Virus record (IMG/VR): IMGVR_UViG_3300032144_000385
Location: 4,766-68,765 of that record
DNA length: 64,000 nt
Direction: 5' to 3' (one strand)
Source: a virus
The translations under genes and the position numbers were made by a program. The notes under the pieces are model-generated. The model did not search any database. It saw only the letters and a list, made by a program, of their open reading frames with translations, and was not told the origin of the DNA. This document shows positions 45,701-54,747 of the stretch, in pieces (the stretch's first letter is position 1; every line of letters begins with the position of its first letter).

Positions 45701-46356
45701 CGCGCGCCCTGGAAGGCGTCCAGGATGACCTGGGCCGTGATCTCCCCGTCCCGGCCGAGCTCGCGCAGCTGGCCGCGGGTCACCCCGAGCTGGCGCGCGA
45801 TGACGTCGGCCACCACCGGCAGCTGCTCGAGCACCGAGCGCAGCTCGTCGCCGGCGAGCCGGTTCGAGCTGATCGCCTGCGACAGCTGGATCAGGCCGTT
45901 GCTGGACTCCTTGGCGCTCGCGCCCGACAGGATGATGGCCTGGTTGACCGTCTCGGTGATCCCGAGCAGGTCGGCCTGGCTGGTCCCGAGGTCGCGCGTG
46001 GCGAGGGCCGTGCGCGCGTAGAGCTGCGCGGTCGCCTCGAAGCTCGTCCGGGTGCGGTTCGCGACCCCGAGCAGGCTGGCCGTGGCGCTCTCGAGCTCCT
46101 CGGTCCCCTCCGTAACCGAGCCGAGCCGGTTCTGGATCTGGGTGTACGTGTCCGAGAGGTCGGTCAGCGCGCCCACGAGGCGGCGGGCGGCCTCGATCCC
46201 GGCCCCGAGGCCGACGAGCTGGAAGGCGTTGCGGAGGAGCCGGTTGGTCGACGCCGCGGTCCGGTTCAGGTCCTCGAGCGACGACTCGACCTGCCGGACG
46301 CCGCTGACGGCCTGCCGGTTCGAGACGACGACGTCGATCCTGAAGACATCCGCCAC
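42733..46356 (-). CDS. tape measure protein
   Basis: YTQIQNRL...LYAR...IQLSQA..S.RL.GDELRSVLEQ.P...IA..LGVTRGQLR..G.DG.IT; long helical body. Confidence 0.97.
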   Translation of the reverse strand: MADVFRIDVVVSNRQAVSGVRQVESSLEDLNRTAASTNRLLRNAFQLVGLGAGIEAARRLVGALTDLSDTYTQIQNRLGSVTEGTEELESATASLLGVANRTRTSFEATAQLYARTALATRDLGTSQADLLGITETVNQAIILSGASAKESSNGLIQLSQAISSNRLAGDELRSVLEQLPVVADVIARQLGVTRGQLRELGRDGEITAQVILDAFQGAREEISQRFAKTVPTASQALQVLQNNAVRFVGELNKATGASQLLAAVLGLLGRSLDVLALSLVAVGAALAAGPFVRFAQRLADAAAAQRLFNAEVAAGIAGPEAAALALENEARAAVLASEADLAKTRAAISVTQAEQARAVAVAEASEATFAGLSATLRASQADIRRAESAAAVAEAEIVRARAEGVVAERETFLFGLEQQLAALETARAGAVERLAAAEAQLAAASAAAARAQEGRVIASAQMAALDAQLTAQTDALAAAQARLNGTLRTTPGLLAKIGAFIAANPFGVAVAAIGALLILLTDFSAVTEGVSSVLRSVGDGLDLVRGAATSALGALGGVGEVLSTLIRLATAAGLALVAIKVAAASAGVAIAASLGAALLVLGEIARRLDQVNEALVRQGIALAENSFAERLRRASEEVARLKEIAEREGGDSSAARRLVSAEEKLAALQRERLRNARALRDEDPLKREIAEQQEIIDALGKSRRERELELDLIRRRKALSREGVDVDAGSPNEARLRAILAARQAAEELAAVVDDIKGPEDDFRRKFDLLVEAEDRALISARDLSGALNKLFAERRDAQPLIAAIDRLQDAADAVVGPTLALTGDPGRDLETIQKANREFEIQVRLQQELKALRDAGVATEDISARRGQIEALLREAEASQRLREQQERLLEIQRERADASRLSLLPEFDQAVERQILALRELNDVVKDPAAEAAAIRRNELAREFGALLNNLQSPALAQAQAQQQIAAETQRANEAFNAGVLSAGQLALVLQDLDFKAREASTAFGDGFTVALDRMSASVTEATIGSQTLTAALNAATQATSQLVQDGSVDIRRLALNFIDAIAQIITQLLVLRAVKALAGLGGGATDAISGIAGVLPGVAIPGLAGGGRTEPGQPYVVGENGPELRVFSRPGSIVPSDQVVEALGRAGAAPAAQAAAPQVTVPVTIVNQTDPNEFGDYLSSDAAGRHIVNQVTKNPEKIRRGLGR

Positions 46357-46365
46357 GGGGCTCCG

Positions 46366-46671
46366 CTACTCCTTCGCGCTCTTCCCGGACGCGCGCTCGC
46401 GGCGGCGGGAGGCCCAGGCGAGGAACTCCTCGTCGCACGCGCGCACGGCGGCCGTGAAGATGGCCATCATACACGCGGGAACGCCCCTCCGGGCGGCGTA
46501 GTCCTCGATCCGGCTCAGGGGGATGTAGCCCGGCACGAGGCCGATCGGGCGCTCGGTGGAGAGGTCCCGGAACGAGGCCACCACCATGCGGGTCCCCTCG
46601 TCGGGGACCGGCTCGGCGGCGTACCAGGCCGGGACGGGGTAGTTGGGGTCGCGGGCGGCCTTGGAGGCCAC
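46366..46671 (-). CDS. tail assembly chaperone, downstream (GT) part
   Basis: Frame open upstream to the end of the preceding chaperone; FRDLSTER..G...IP...I..YA. Confidence 0.75.
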   Translation of the reverse strand: MASKAARDPNYPVPAWYAAEPVPDEGTRMVVASFRDLSTERPIGLVPGYIPLSRIEDYAARRGVPACMMAIFTAAVRACDEEFLAWASRRRERASGKSAKE

Positions 46672-46762
46672 CTCGTACCCCTTCTCCTGCAGCGTCAGCT
46701 CCCAGGCCAGCCGGGCCCGCGCGGCCTCGCAGGCCTCGCGGACGGCGGCCGGGTCGGGCGCG

Positions 46763-47212
46763 TCAGCCGCGAAAGTTGCGGAGCTGGTTGCAGAAGACCC
46801 GCAGGCGGTCGAACTGGTCGGGCGGCAGCTGGCGGAGCAGGTTCCGGCGGTGCTCGACCGAGAGGGGCATCGGGACCGGCTGGCCGGTCTCGTCGTCCAC
46901 CCAGCCGCCGCCGTTGCCCGTCAGGACGTGCTCGGCCCAGAGCGGGACGGAGCGCTGGCGCTCGAGCGCGAGGTCCTCCACGCTCAGGCGGTCGCGCGTG
47001 ATGGCCAGCTTGTCAGGGCGCGCGAGGACCGCGGCCGTGAAGGCGCGGTTGCTCTCGCCGGCCGGCCGGACCTCGAGCCAGGGGACCACGGGCGGCAGCG
47101 GCGAGCCGCTCTCGTCCTGGCCCTCGGGCTGGAAGGGGGCGATCTCGTCGAACTCGAAGCGCGCGGTGGCCCCGGGGGCCACCTGCGCCTTGTCCAGGTG
47201 CTTGAACTTCAT
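46763..47212 (-). CDS. tail assembly chaperone (G)
   Basis: ATG at 47212; between the tail tube and tape measure; ends LRNF. Confidence 0.8.
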   Translation of the reverse strand: MKFKHLDKAQVAPGATARFEFDEIAPFQPEGQDESGSPLPPVVPWLEVRPAGESNRAFTAAVLARPDKLAITRDRLSVEDLALERQRSVPLWAEHVLTGNGGGWVDDETGQPVPMPLSVEHRRNLLRQLPPDQFDRLRVFCNQLRNFRG

Positions 47213-47244
47213 GGGGGAGGGTCGGGGGTTGCCCCCGCGGCGCC

Positions 47245-48720
47245 TTACGGCACGACGGGGAAGAGGGAGATGCCGATCGAGGTGCCGAAGAACGTGTCCT
47301 GGAACGCCTCGCCCGCGAGGGCCATGCGGACCGACTCGTGCACCGGGAAGTCCTTGGAGCCGTCGCCGAGCGTCATCGACGGGATGTCGACGGAGATCGC
47401 GCCGTCCGTGTTCTTCATGAGCAGGTCCATCGTCACGGTCTCGTTGTTCCGGACCGCCGAGGCCACCGCGATCGAGGTGAACAGGATCTCGCCCTCCATG
47501 TCCACGAGGAAGAGGCCGTTGTTCATGAACACGGCGCCGAGCGTGCCGATGCACTTCTCGGGCGTGACCTCGTTGCCAAGCGTGATCGACACGCTCTTGA
47601 AGCAGGTCGTGAGGCCGGTCTCGTCCACGCGCTGCACGCGCAGGCGCAGCACGTCCGCGGACGTGTTGTAGGCCGACGTCTGGACGGGCTGGATCGGCGT
47701 GGCCGCGTTCGTCGCGCGGGTCGTGGTCGGGATCCCGGTATTCGTGCCGACGAAGCCGAAGTCGACGAGGGCCTTGTCGGCGACCTCGAGGTTCAGCGTC
47801 ATCTCGTTCGCGAGGTTGCCCACCGCGTACTCGGCCGCGTCGTTGGGCGGCCCGAGCTCGGTGTTGAGGCCCGGGTAGAGGAGCTCGAAGTTGAAGCTGC
47901 GCGTCAGGAACGAGGCGTCCGACGTCGGCACGTTCTTGAGGAACAGGCCGAAGAGCAGGTCCACCGTGTCGCCCGTGCCGGGGTCGGTCAGGAGCGTGCT
48001 CGAGGGCTTGTCGGCCGTGATCGTGCCGGTCGCGACCGTGCGGACGCGGCAGTAGCCGAGGCCGGCCGAGAACTGGTTGGCGCCCGTGAGGCCGCCGACG
48101 TGGATGAGCTGTCCGACCTTGATCCCGACCGTGGTCAGGTTGACCGCGGCCGAGGTGATCGTGACCGAGGTGCCCGAGACCGTGATCGCGAGGTCCGACG
48201 TGGCGAAGCGCCAGCCGGCCACCTCGAGCGAGGCGTTGGCGGGCGGCGTCTCGACCACGAGGCCGCCGCCGGCGATCGGGATCGAGGTCGACGTGGCGCC
48301 GGTCGTGACCTGCTTCAGGCCATTGTTCGCCGAGTTCGTGAAGCCGCGCGCGAAGACGAGCTGCCCGTTGGCCAGCACCGGGCCCGCGGGGACGGTGTAG
48401 GCCGACGTGGAGACGGCCGTCGGGCGCCCGATCTGGCTGCCCTGGTACGTCGCGAAGACGAACGCCTCCGAGAAGAGGACGAACACCTCGCGCGTGAGGT
48501 CGTGCTCGAAGGCCACGGCCGAGTCGAGGTCGGTCGTCGAGCCCTTGCGGCGCTGGCGGTTCGCGGAGATCGGCGCGCGCGGGGTCGTGGTGATCGTCGC
48601 GCCGAAGTCCGTGATGTCGTTCGGCTCGAGCAGGAACCAGACCGGGGAGCCGGGGAGGACCCCCAGGGTGGACTCGACGGCCACCTCGAGGCTGATGTTG
48701 TCGGTCTTGACTTGCGACAC
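47245..48720 (-). CDS. major tail tube protein
   Basis: E.TLG..P...W..LEPN...DFGA...PIS..RQRRKG.TTDLD. Confidence 0.9.
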   Translation of the reverse strand: MSQVKTDNISLEVAVESTLGVLPGSPVWFLLEPNDITDFGATITTTPRAPISANRQRRKGSTTDLDSAVAFEHDLTREVFVLFSEAFVFATYQGSQIGRPTAVSTSAYTVPAGPVLANGQLVFARGFTNSANNGLKQVTTGATSTSIPIAGGGLVVETPPANASLEVAGWRFATSDLAITVSGTSVTITSAAVNLTTVGIKVGQLIHVGGLTGANQFSAGLGYCRVRTVATGTITADKPSSTLLTDPGTGDTVDLLFGLFLKNVPTSDASFLTRSFNFELLYPGLNTELGPPNDAAEYAVGNLANEMTLNLEVADKALVDFGFVGTNTGIPTTTRATNAATPIQPVQTSAYNTSADVLRLRVQRVDETGLTTCFKSVSITLGNEVTPEKCIGTLGAVFMNNGLFLVDMEGEILFTSIAVASAVRNNETVTMDLLMKNTDGAISVDIPSMTLGDGSKDFPVHESVRMALAGEAFQDTFFGTSIGISLFPVVP

Positions 48721-48732
48721 GGTCTCGGTCTC

Positions 48733-49149
48733 CTACTTGGTCTCGTCGTAGGTGCACCGCACCTCGACGTTGGTCTGGTAGCTTCGGTCTCCGCTCGAGA
48801 GGGGCGCCTCCGAGACGCGGCCGTCGAGGAAGGTCAGCTCCGGCCCGAGCCGGCGGCCCTCGAAGATAGCACGGGCGCGGTGCGCCAGGGTAGCCCCGAG
48901 GCCCGGTCCCTGCACGGAGGGCGTGAACACCTGCACGAACGCCGCGCCGGTGCGCTGGTAGATGCGCGCGCCCTCGGGCCCGAGGGTGTGCTGGCCGCCG
49001 CCGTAGTCGCGGAACGACACCCGCACCCAGGGGCTGCCGGGGCCGGGCTCCGGCTTCCCGTCGCCCTCGAGGAGCACGGCCGCGTCGTCGGCGTCCCACT
49101 CGGCCTTGAACCGGCGGTACACCTCGTCCAGGACCTCGAACGGCGTCAC
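48733..49149 (-). CDS. tail terminator protein
   Basis: PWVRVS...G...VQVFTP...G; position. Confidence 0.8.
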   Translation of the reverse strand: MTPFEVLDEVYRRFKAEWDADDAAVLLEGDGKPEPGPGSPWVRVSFRDYGGGQHTLGPEGARIYQRTGAAFVQVFTPSVQGPGLGATLAHRARAIFEGRRLGPELTFLDGRVSEAPLSSGDRSYQTNVEVRCTYDETK

Positions 49150-49535
49150 GCGGACGCCTCCTCGATGCCCCGCACGATCGCGCGCTGCACGAACGCCGCG
49201 GGGGCCTTGGGCGAGCTCCCGGCGTTCAGCTTCTGGATGTAGTCGACCGAGTTCGCGTCGTGAACGTCGCCGTCCTCGAGCCTGTAGGCCTGCACGGCGG
49301 CCACGCCCGCCTCGCGGGGGCCGGGGTCGAGGCGGCCCAGGGTCGCCTCCTCGTACGTGCCCGCGGTCCCCTGCCGGGGGGACCCGAGCGTCTGGATCCA
49401 GTTGTTCGCCGCGAACCCGGTGTCCCGGGGCGTGTCGTCGACGAGCCGGCGATGGATCGCCGCCGACACCCGAGACGTGGCGCGCTCCACCGCGCGCCGC
49501 AGGCCGTCGGCCAGGCGGCGTGCGGGCTCGCTCAC
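49146..49535 (-). CDS. HK97 gp10-like tail completion protein
   Basis: TPRDTGFA.NNW...N.V.YI.KLN.GSS.KAPA.FV. Confidence 0.85.
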   Translation of the reverse strand: MSEPARRLADGLRRAVERATSRVSAAIHRRLVDDTPRDTGFAANNWIQTLGSPRQGTAGTYEEATLGRLDPGPREAGVAAVQAYRLEDGDVHDANSVDYIQKLNAGSSPKAPAAFVQRAIVRGIEEASA

Positions 49536-49792
49536 GACTCGTGCGCCGAGGCCTCGACCTCGGACAGGACCGGCGCGGGCGCGACCCCGAGCCAGCGGAG
49601 CTGGTGGGCCACCCAGGGGCAGCCCTCCATCCCCACGAGCCCCGCCCGGAAGAGGGGCAGGATGTGCCGCGCGTCGCACCACCCCGGCACCCGGTCGCCC
49701 GGGGCCAGGAGGGTGTTCCCGTCGAGCCGGGCGTGGCGGACGGCCACGACCGGCTCCCCGGGACGGTAGGACTCGCGGCCGCCGCCGCTCAC
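49532..49792 (-). CDS. small head-associated hypothetical protein
   Basis: Track ORF after the capsid gene. Confidence 0.6.
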   Translation of the reverse strand: MSGGGRESYRPGEPVVAVRHARLDGNTLLAPGDRVPGWCDARHILPLFRAGLVGMEGCPWVAHQLRWLGVAPAPVLSEVEASAHES

Positions 49793-50805
49793 GACACGGC
49801 CGCGCTGAAGAAGTAGCCGAGCTCGGGGCCGGTGACCTTGTAGTCGAAGGCCATCTGCCCCTCGATCGTGTCGGCCTCAACCTTCTCGTCGCGGAACCGC
49901 TTGATGCGGAAGCCGCTCGGCGTCGAGCCGGTCAGGCCGGACCAGCTGAACTGGACCCCGGCCGAGGGCGTGCCCTGCACGTCCACGGAGTTCGGGGCGT
50001 AGTACAGCAGCGCGTTCTTGCCGGCGAGGAAGCTCGTGGCCTCGGTGGCGCCCTCCTTGGCGGAGTTGGCGACGCCGTCGGCGACGAGGATCTCGTCGAG
50101 CTCGAGCAGGCTCGCGACCAGCTGGCGCTGGACCTGAGCGGGCTGGCCCACCGTCGCCCCGCCGTTGATGCGCGAGAGCAGGTCGGCGTTGTCGAGCAGC
50201 TTGTTCCACACCTGGCGCGAGAGCAGCAGGCGGTTCGGGCGGAAGCCCGTCTTGCCCTGCACGGACTCGATGCCGAGGCGGATGTTCGCGATCGGCGTGC
50301 TGCCGCTCACGTCCCACCGCAGGAACTGGTTGGTCGTGGGGCCGGAGGCGACGCCGACCTGGTCGGTGCCGCCGGTCCAGATGCCCAGGCCGAAGTAGCG
50401 CGCGAGGAACAGGGCCTCGCGGCGGATCATGAGCTTCAGCGCCACGTACTGCGCGGACGACTCGTCGAGAGCGACCTGCGAGTCCGCGTTGGCGCGCTGC
50501 TGGTCGGTCACGTCCTTGGCGAACTTGTGCACCTTGCACAGGTAGCTGTCCTGCGACAGCGAGAAGCCGCCCTTGGGGGCCTCGTGACCGTCGGCGACCT
50601 CCTCGGCCTCGTCGCGGTAGAAGTCCGCGCGCGAGAACTTCCAGTACTGGTCCGCCTTGTTCTGCACCGGGAGGTTGGGCATCCCCCGGAGCGAGACGAA
50701 GTTGGACTGGTCCTGCAGGTACTTCTGCGCGAAGTTGCCGAGCGGCCGGACGACGTGGACGTCGCTGACCGTCGGGTTGCTCACCATCTTGCGGAACTTG
50801 CTCAT
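49789..50805 (-). CDS. major capsid protein (HK97 fold)
   Basis: 338 aa after the decoration gene; D.PL.N...Y...F...P.LPV...Y..F; D..P...I...I....G.RPN.L. Confidence 0.9.
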   Translation of the reverse strand: MSKFRKMVSNPTVSDVHVVRPLGNFAQKYLQDQSNFVSLRGMPNLPVQNKADQYWKFSRADFYRDEAEEVADGHEAPKGGFSLSQDSYLCKVHKFAKDVTDQQRANADSQVALDESSAQYVALKLMIRREALFLARYFGLGIWTGGTDQVGVASGPTTNQFLRWDVSGSTPIANIRLGIESVQGKTGFRPNRLLLSRQVWNKLLDNADLLSRINGGATVGQPAQVQRQLVASLLELDEILVADGVANSAKEGATEATSFLAGKNALLYYAPNSVDVQGTPSAGVQFSWSGLTGSTPSGFRIKRFRDEKVEADTIEGQMAFDYKVTGPELGYFFSAAVS

Positions 50806-50833
50806 TTGCTCTCCCCCGTTTCGCGTGCGCCGA

Positions 50834-51241
50834 TCAGGCGTCGCGACGGTCGGCTCCCTTCAGGAACAGGATCTCGATGACCTCGTTGGCCGCGCCCGCG
50901 CTCTGCAGGGCGTAGCCCAGGATGCGGTCCGTGGCCGCGGCGACGGCCACGGCGCGGCCGGCGCTGTCGGTCGTGACCGGCACCGCGCCGGCCGTGATGT
51001 CGATCGCGGCCCCGGCGAGGACCTTGGCCACGCAGTTCGGGAGCAGCATCGGGATGCGGGTCTCACCCGCGGTGATCTGCGCGGCCGAGCGCGCCTCCAG
51101 GGAGATGCCGACCACGTCGTCGGCCGCGGCGTTGGCCGCGGTCGCGACGGCGTTGGCCGAGGCGATCTCCAGGAACTTGTACTGCGCGATGGCCGCGGCC
51201 ACCGTGATCGGGACGATGACGCCGCTGATGTTGGCGGACAT
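50834..51241 (-). CDS. capsid decoration/cement protein (DUF2190-like)
   Basis: VVGIS...KVLAGAAI..G..V.TDS.GRAV...LGYAL.SA.AA.EVI. Confidence 0.8.
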   Translation of the reverse strand: MSANISGVIVPITVAAAIAQYKFLEIASANAVATAANAAADDVVGISLEARSAAQITAGETRIPMLLPNCVAKVLAGAAIDITAGAVPVTTDSAGRAVAVAAATDRILGYALQSAGAANEVIEILFLKGADRRDA

Positions 51242-51245
51242 GGGA

Positions 51246-52502
51246 TCAGGCCTCCTGGCCGACGATCGTGGTTCCGACGGCCTGCTCGTACAGGTCGCGG
51301 TTCTGGTCCGCGGCGAGCGCGTAGGCGTCCGCCTCGGTCAGCTTGGGATTCTTCTCGCGGAGGCCCTTGGCGAGCGCCTCGAGCTTTTCGTGCGCCGCGT
51401 CCGCGGAGTCGGGCTGGTCGCCGGCGCCGGACGCCGTGCCGAGCTCGCGCTGGAACTTGGCGAGCGCGTCGTTGCCGGCCTTCAGGATCGAGAACACGGC
51501 CTTGCGGACGGTCTCGTCGCCGATGCCGTCGACCGCGCGGAGCAGCGCGACCTTGGCGGTCTCGTCGCCGGGCAGGCGGCCGAGCTCCGAGCCCGCGCGC
51601 TTGCGCAGCTCGTCCGACTGGCGGAGCGAGCGCTCCGCCGCGAGGGCGAGGGTGGCCTCATGGGCGCGCTTCGCGGTGGCCACGAGGCGCGGGTCGTCGT
51701 TCTTGCGGAACTGCTGGCCGTCGATCTCCAGGATCACCGGGTTCGACTCACTCGCGGCGCGCACCTTCTCGAGGCGCTGCGCGGGCGTCATCTTGCGGAA
51801 GGCCTCCTGGCCGGCCGCGTCCATGCCGGAGTACAGGGACTTCTCGGCGTCGCTCATCTCGCCGAGCGCCTTGGCGACCGCGAGCTCGGCCTGGGACTCG
51901 CCCAGCTTTCGCACGGTCTCCGCCAGCTGCGCGGCCGGGTCGGGTTGGTTGGTCATGTTCTCGGTTTTGTTCCCGGCGGTCTGCTTGCCGAAGCTGTCCG
52001 GGACCAGCTCCGAGGCGCCCAATGCTAGTGCACGGCGCCGGATGTGCGCAATGGCCTTCTCGACGCGGCCCTCCTGCGGCTGCGCCGCGACGGCGGCCCG
52101 CAGGTCGGCGACGTCCTCGATCGGCAGGGACCCGTCGGGCAGGGCGACGCCCCGCTCCGCCAGCTCGGCGCGCTCCGCGGCCGAGAACGCGCGCTTGGCC
52201 ACCACCGAGTGGGAGTGGCCGTCCGCGGCGAGGATCTCGACCGAGCCGTCGGCCCGGCGGATCCAGTCGTGCATGTGGGCGTAGTCGGAGTCCGCCGAGA
52301 TGACGTAGCTCGTGCAGCCGCCGGCGCGGCCGTCGTCCTCGAGCGTGTGCGCGTGGCCGGCCTCCTCGGAGGTCGCCTGGAGGCGCTTCCGGACCGCCCC
52401 GGCGCGCTTGAAGATCGCGACGCGCGCGACCGGCTGCGCCGGGTTGTCGACCCCGCTGATCTCGTCGATCTCGTCGATCTCGAGCCGGTTGACCTTCCTC
52501 AC
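51246..52502 (-). CDS. capsid scaffolding/prohead protein
   Basis: L.IDEISGVDNPAQ..A.V.IFKR N-terminus; His-rich and ALPDGS.PI domains; coiled-coil C-terminus. Confidence 0.75.
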   Translation of the reverse strand: MRKVNRLEIDEIDEISGVDNPAQPVARVAIFKRAGAVRKRLQATSEEAGHAHTLEDDGRAGGCTSYVISADSDYAHMHDWIRRADGSVEILAADGHSHSVVAKRAFSAAERAELAERGVALPDGSLPIEDVADLRAAVAAQPQEGRVEKAIAHIRRRALALGASELVPDSFGKQTAGNKTENMTNQPDPAAQLAETVRKLGESQAELAVAKALGEMSDAEKSLYSGMDAAGQEAFRKMTPAQRLEKVRAASESNPVILEIDGQQFRKNDDPRLVATAKRAHEATLALAAERSLRQSDELRKRAGSELGRLPGDETAKVALLRAVDGIGDETVRKAVFSILKAGNDALAKFQRELGTASGAGDQPDSADAAHEKLEALAKGLREKNPKLTEADAYALAADQNRDLYEQAVGTTIVGQEA

Positions 52503-52903
52503 GGGAGCTCGACCTCCGTGCGGCGGCCGCGGCCCCCGATGGAGAAGCCGCGGTACTCGCCGCTCTTGAACTTGGCCAGCATCTCGGGGCCGGGTCGCAT
52601 CCCGATCAGCATCCCGGTGCGCGCGGACTGGATCCCGCAGGCCTTGGCGATGTCGGCCGTCATCGGCCAGACGAATTCAACGGTGCCGGCCGGGCCGCCC
52701 TCGTGCATGTCCTTGGCGACGCGCGCGCCACGCGCGAAGCTCGAGGCCACCTTCACGAGGTTGTCGGGCGTGACCCAGTCCTTCTGCAGGTCGACGTAGG
52801 GCTTGCCGCCCTCGTCGCACACGAAGGCCCAGCCGAAGACGAGCCCCTGGGACTCGTCGACCTTGCACACCTCCGCGGTGATCTGGAAGTCGGTCTGGGA
52901 CAA
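52499..52903 (-). CDS. XkdF-like putative prohead serine protease
   Basis: LVFGWA...D.Q.D...MH...KSGEYRGFSIGG; start codon uncertain (TTG 52903). Confidence 0.8.
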   Translation of the reverse strand: MSQTDFQITAEVCKVDESQGLVFGWAFVCDEGGKPYVDLQKDWVTPDNLVKVASSFARGARVAKDMHEGGPAGTVEFVWPMTADIAKACGIQSARTGMLIGMRPGPEMLAKFKSGEYRGFSIGGRGRRTEVELP

Positions 52904-52908
52904 GGGGT

Positions 52909-53793
52909 TCAGGCTACCTCCGGGCGGGCGACAGCGCCAGCCCTCAGGCGTCGCCGGCACCGGCAGCCGGCCCGGTCGGACAGCGGGGCCGACGGGTCGT
53001 GCGGGTAGCGGAGCAGGTTCCCGTCCCCGCTCCGGAACGGCTCCCCGTCCGGCCGGACCTGGCCGTGCATGGCGCGGTGCGACGGGCGCACGCGCTCGTC
53101 GCGGGCGGTGACCCACTCCCAGGTCGGGGGCTCGATCTCCCCGTCCTCGAGGGACTGGGCGGCGGCCTCGGACTCCCCGACGGCGATGGCCCGCTGCGCG
53201 AGCGCGAGCCCGACCGCGGCGGCCGCGGCGCTCGAGAGCCGCCCGCGGTACGCCTCGAGGATGGCGGCGGGACTCGTTCGCCCGTCCTCCTCGCCCTCGT
53301 CGGGCGGGCCGCGGCGGTCCAGCACCCCGGCCATGGCGGCGAGGGCGCGCGCCTGGGCGGCGTTCAGGCCGACGGAGGCCCGGACCCAGCGGGCGGGGTC
53401 CTCGCCGCGCAGCAAGGCGGCGTAGTTCGCCTCCTCGGCCGCGCGGCGCGCGGAGTCGGCGAGGTCGATGGACAGCGCGGCCAGGGCCGCCGCGAGGGCG
53501 TCCGGCAGGCGGCGCCGCGATAGGTCGAGTCCGCCGGGGGCTCCGGTCGAGCGGGCAATGTCGGCGGCGGCGCGCTCGCCGGCGGCGAGGGCGCGGGCCT
53601 GCAGGGCGGGTCGCAGCCGCGCGAGGGCGAGGGCGGCCCAGCGGCGCGCCACGGCCCCGGGGCCGCCCCGGGCGAGCAGGCGGCGGACCTCGGCCTCGGT
53701 CAGCTCCCGGCGCGCGGCGCGCGCGGCGGCGAGGTAGGCGGCGGCGAGGTAGGCCTCCGCCGCGGCGAGCTCCCGGTCCTCGCGCTCACGCAC
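52909..53793 (-). CDS. MuF-like head morphogenesis protein
   Basis: WEWVTARDERVRPSH..MHGQ...EPF...LRYP.DP....GCRC. Confidence 0.9.
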   Translation of the reverse strand: MREREDRELAAAEAYLAAAYLAAARAARRELTEAEVRRLLARGGPGAVARRWAALALARLRPALQARALAAGERAAADIARSTGAPGGLDLSRRRLPDALAAALAALSIDLADSARRAAEEANYAALLRGEDPARWVRASVGLNAAQARALAAMAGVLDRRGPPDEGEEDGRTSPAAILEAYRGRLSSAAAAAVGLALAQRAIAVGESEAAAQSLEDGEIEPPTWEWVTARDERVRPSHRAMHGQVRPDGEPFRSGDGNLLRYPHDPSAPLSDRAGCRCRRRLRAGAVARPEVA

Positions 53794-54163
53794 GGCAGAC
53801 GCAGGTGTACGTGGCCAGGGCGGGGTCGGCCGAGACGCCGTCGCCGACGATCTCGAGCGTCTCGCCGAGGAGGACGATCAGGTCGCCCGGCTGCGGGCGG
53901 ACGCTCCGCGGCAGGGTGTCGCCGATGAGCACCACCACGCGCTCGCCGGCGCGGACGGCCGTGCCCGAGCGGCGGACGGTGGCCGCCTCGTCCTCGAACC
54001 CCCGGCAGGGGAACGAGCGGTAGGCGACCCGCGGCGGCGCCGCGGGCAAGGCGGGGTCGGCCGCGGAGAGCGCGGGCCGGCGCAGGGTGGCGCGGGGCAG
54101 GCCGGCGGCCATGGCGCGCTTGACCGCGCCCGAGATGTCCTGGCCGAAGAGCGGGACGCCCAC
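53786..54163 (-). CDS. head closure (head-tail joining) protein
   Basis: MGVPLFGQDI...PQPGD.I...V..DPA.ATY....R. Confidence 0.7.
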   Translation of the reverse strand: MGVPLFGQDISGAVKRAMAAGLPRATLRRPALSAADPALPAAPPRVAYRSFPCRGFEDEAATVRRSGTAVRAGERVVVLIGDTLPRSVRPQPGDLIVLLGETLEIVGDGVSADPALATYTCVCRA

Positions 54164-54744
54164 TAGCCCAGCCCCTGGGACAGGTTCTCCACGTCGCAGT
54201 CGTCGAACTCCGACTCGGCGCCGGTCCCGGAGGACTCGCTCCCGGACGCGCCGCCGTTCGAGTCGAGCAGGAACGGGTCGAGCAGGTCCTGGACGCGCGG
54301 GGGGAACCGCGTCACGGGGTCGAACGCCCCGGGCGCGAAGTTCTCGACCTCCGCCGACCCGGCCTTCACGCGCTTCACCGCGCCGGCGGCCGTGCTGACC
54401 TGGGCCTCTAGGTCCGGGTTCACCAGGAGCTCGTAGGAGAGGAGCGCGTGCGCCTGGAGCACCTCCTCCGGCGTCGTCCCGTCGGGCAGGGCGGCGCCGT
54501 ACTTGTCGGTCAGCCCGTCGCGCGGGAACGCGCGGGTCTGGGCGGGCGGGACGTCCGAGGGCGACCCCTCGTAGGCCGGCTCGTCGATTAGCAGGGTGGC
54601 GCTGATCGCGCACCGCGCCTGGTCGTCCGGGTCGGCGGACTCCCACGTCGCGGCGGCGCGGATCGAGTCCCCGAGGCGCGTCGCGAGCGCGTCGAGGTCG
54701 TTGTACGTGTTCCCGCTCGGGGAGTCGTCGAGGACGGAGACCAT
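54163..54744 (-). CDS. head-tail adaptor (DnaT-like domain family)
   Basis: N.Y....W......AT..ID...Y.G....Q.RAFPR. Confidence 0.8.
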   Translation of the reverse strand: MVSVLDDSPSGNTYNDLDALATRLGDSIRAAATWESADPDDQARCAISATLLIDEPAYEGSPSDVPPAQTRAFPRDGLTDKYGAALPDGTTPEEVLQAHALLSYELLVNPDLEAQVSTAAGAVKRVKAGSAEVENFAPGAFDPVTRFPPRVQDLLDPFLLDSNGGASGSESSGTGAESEFDDCDVENLSQGLG

Positions 54745-54747
54745 GGC

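Noticed and set aside
47216-47240. Terminator after the tail tube gene (CGGGGGCAACCCCCG hairpin)
   Set aside because: No U-tract follows on the coding strand
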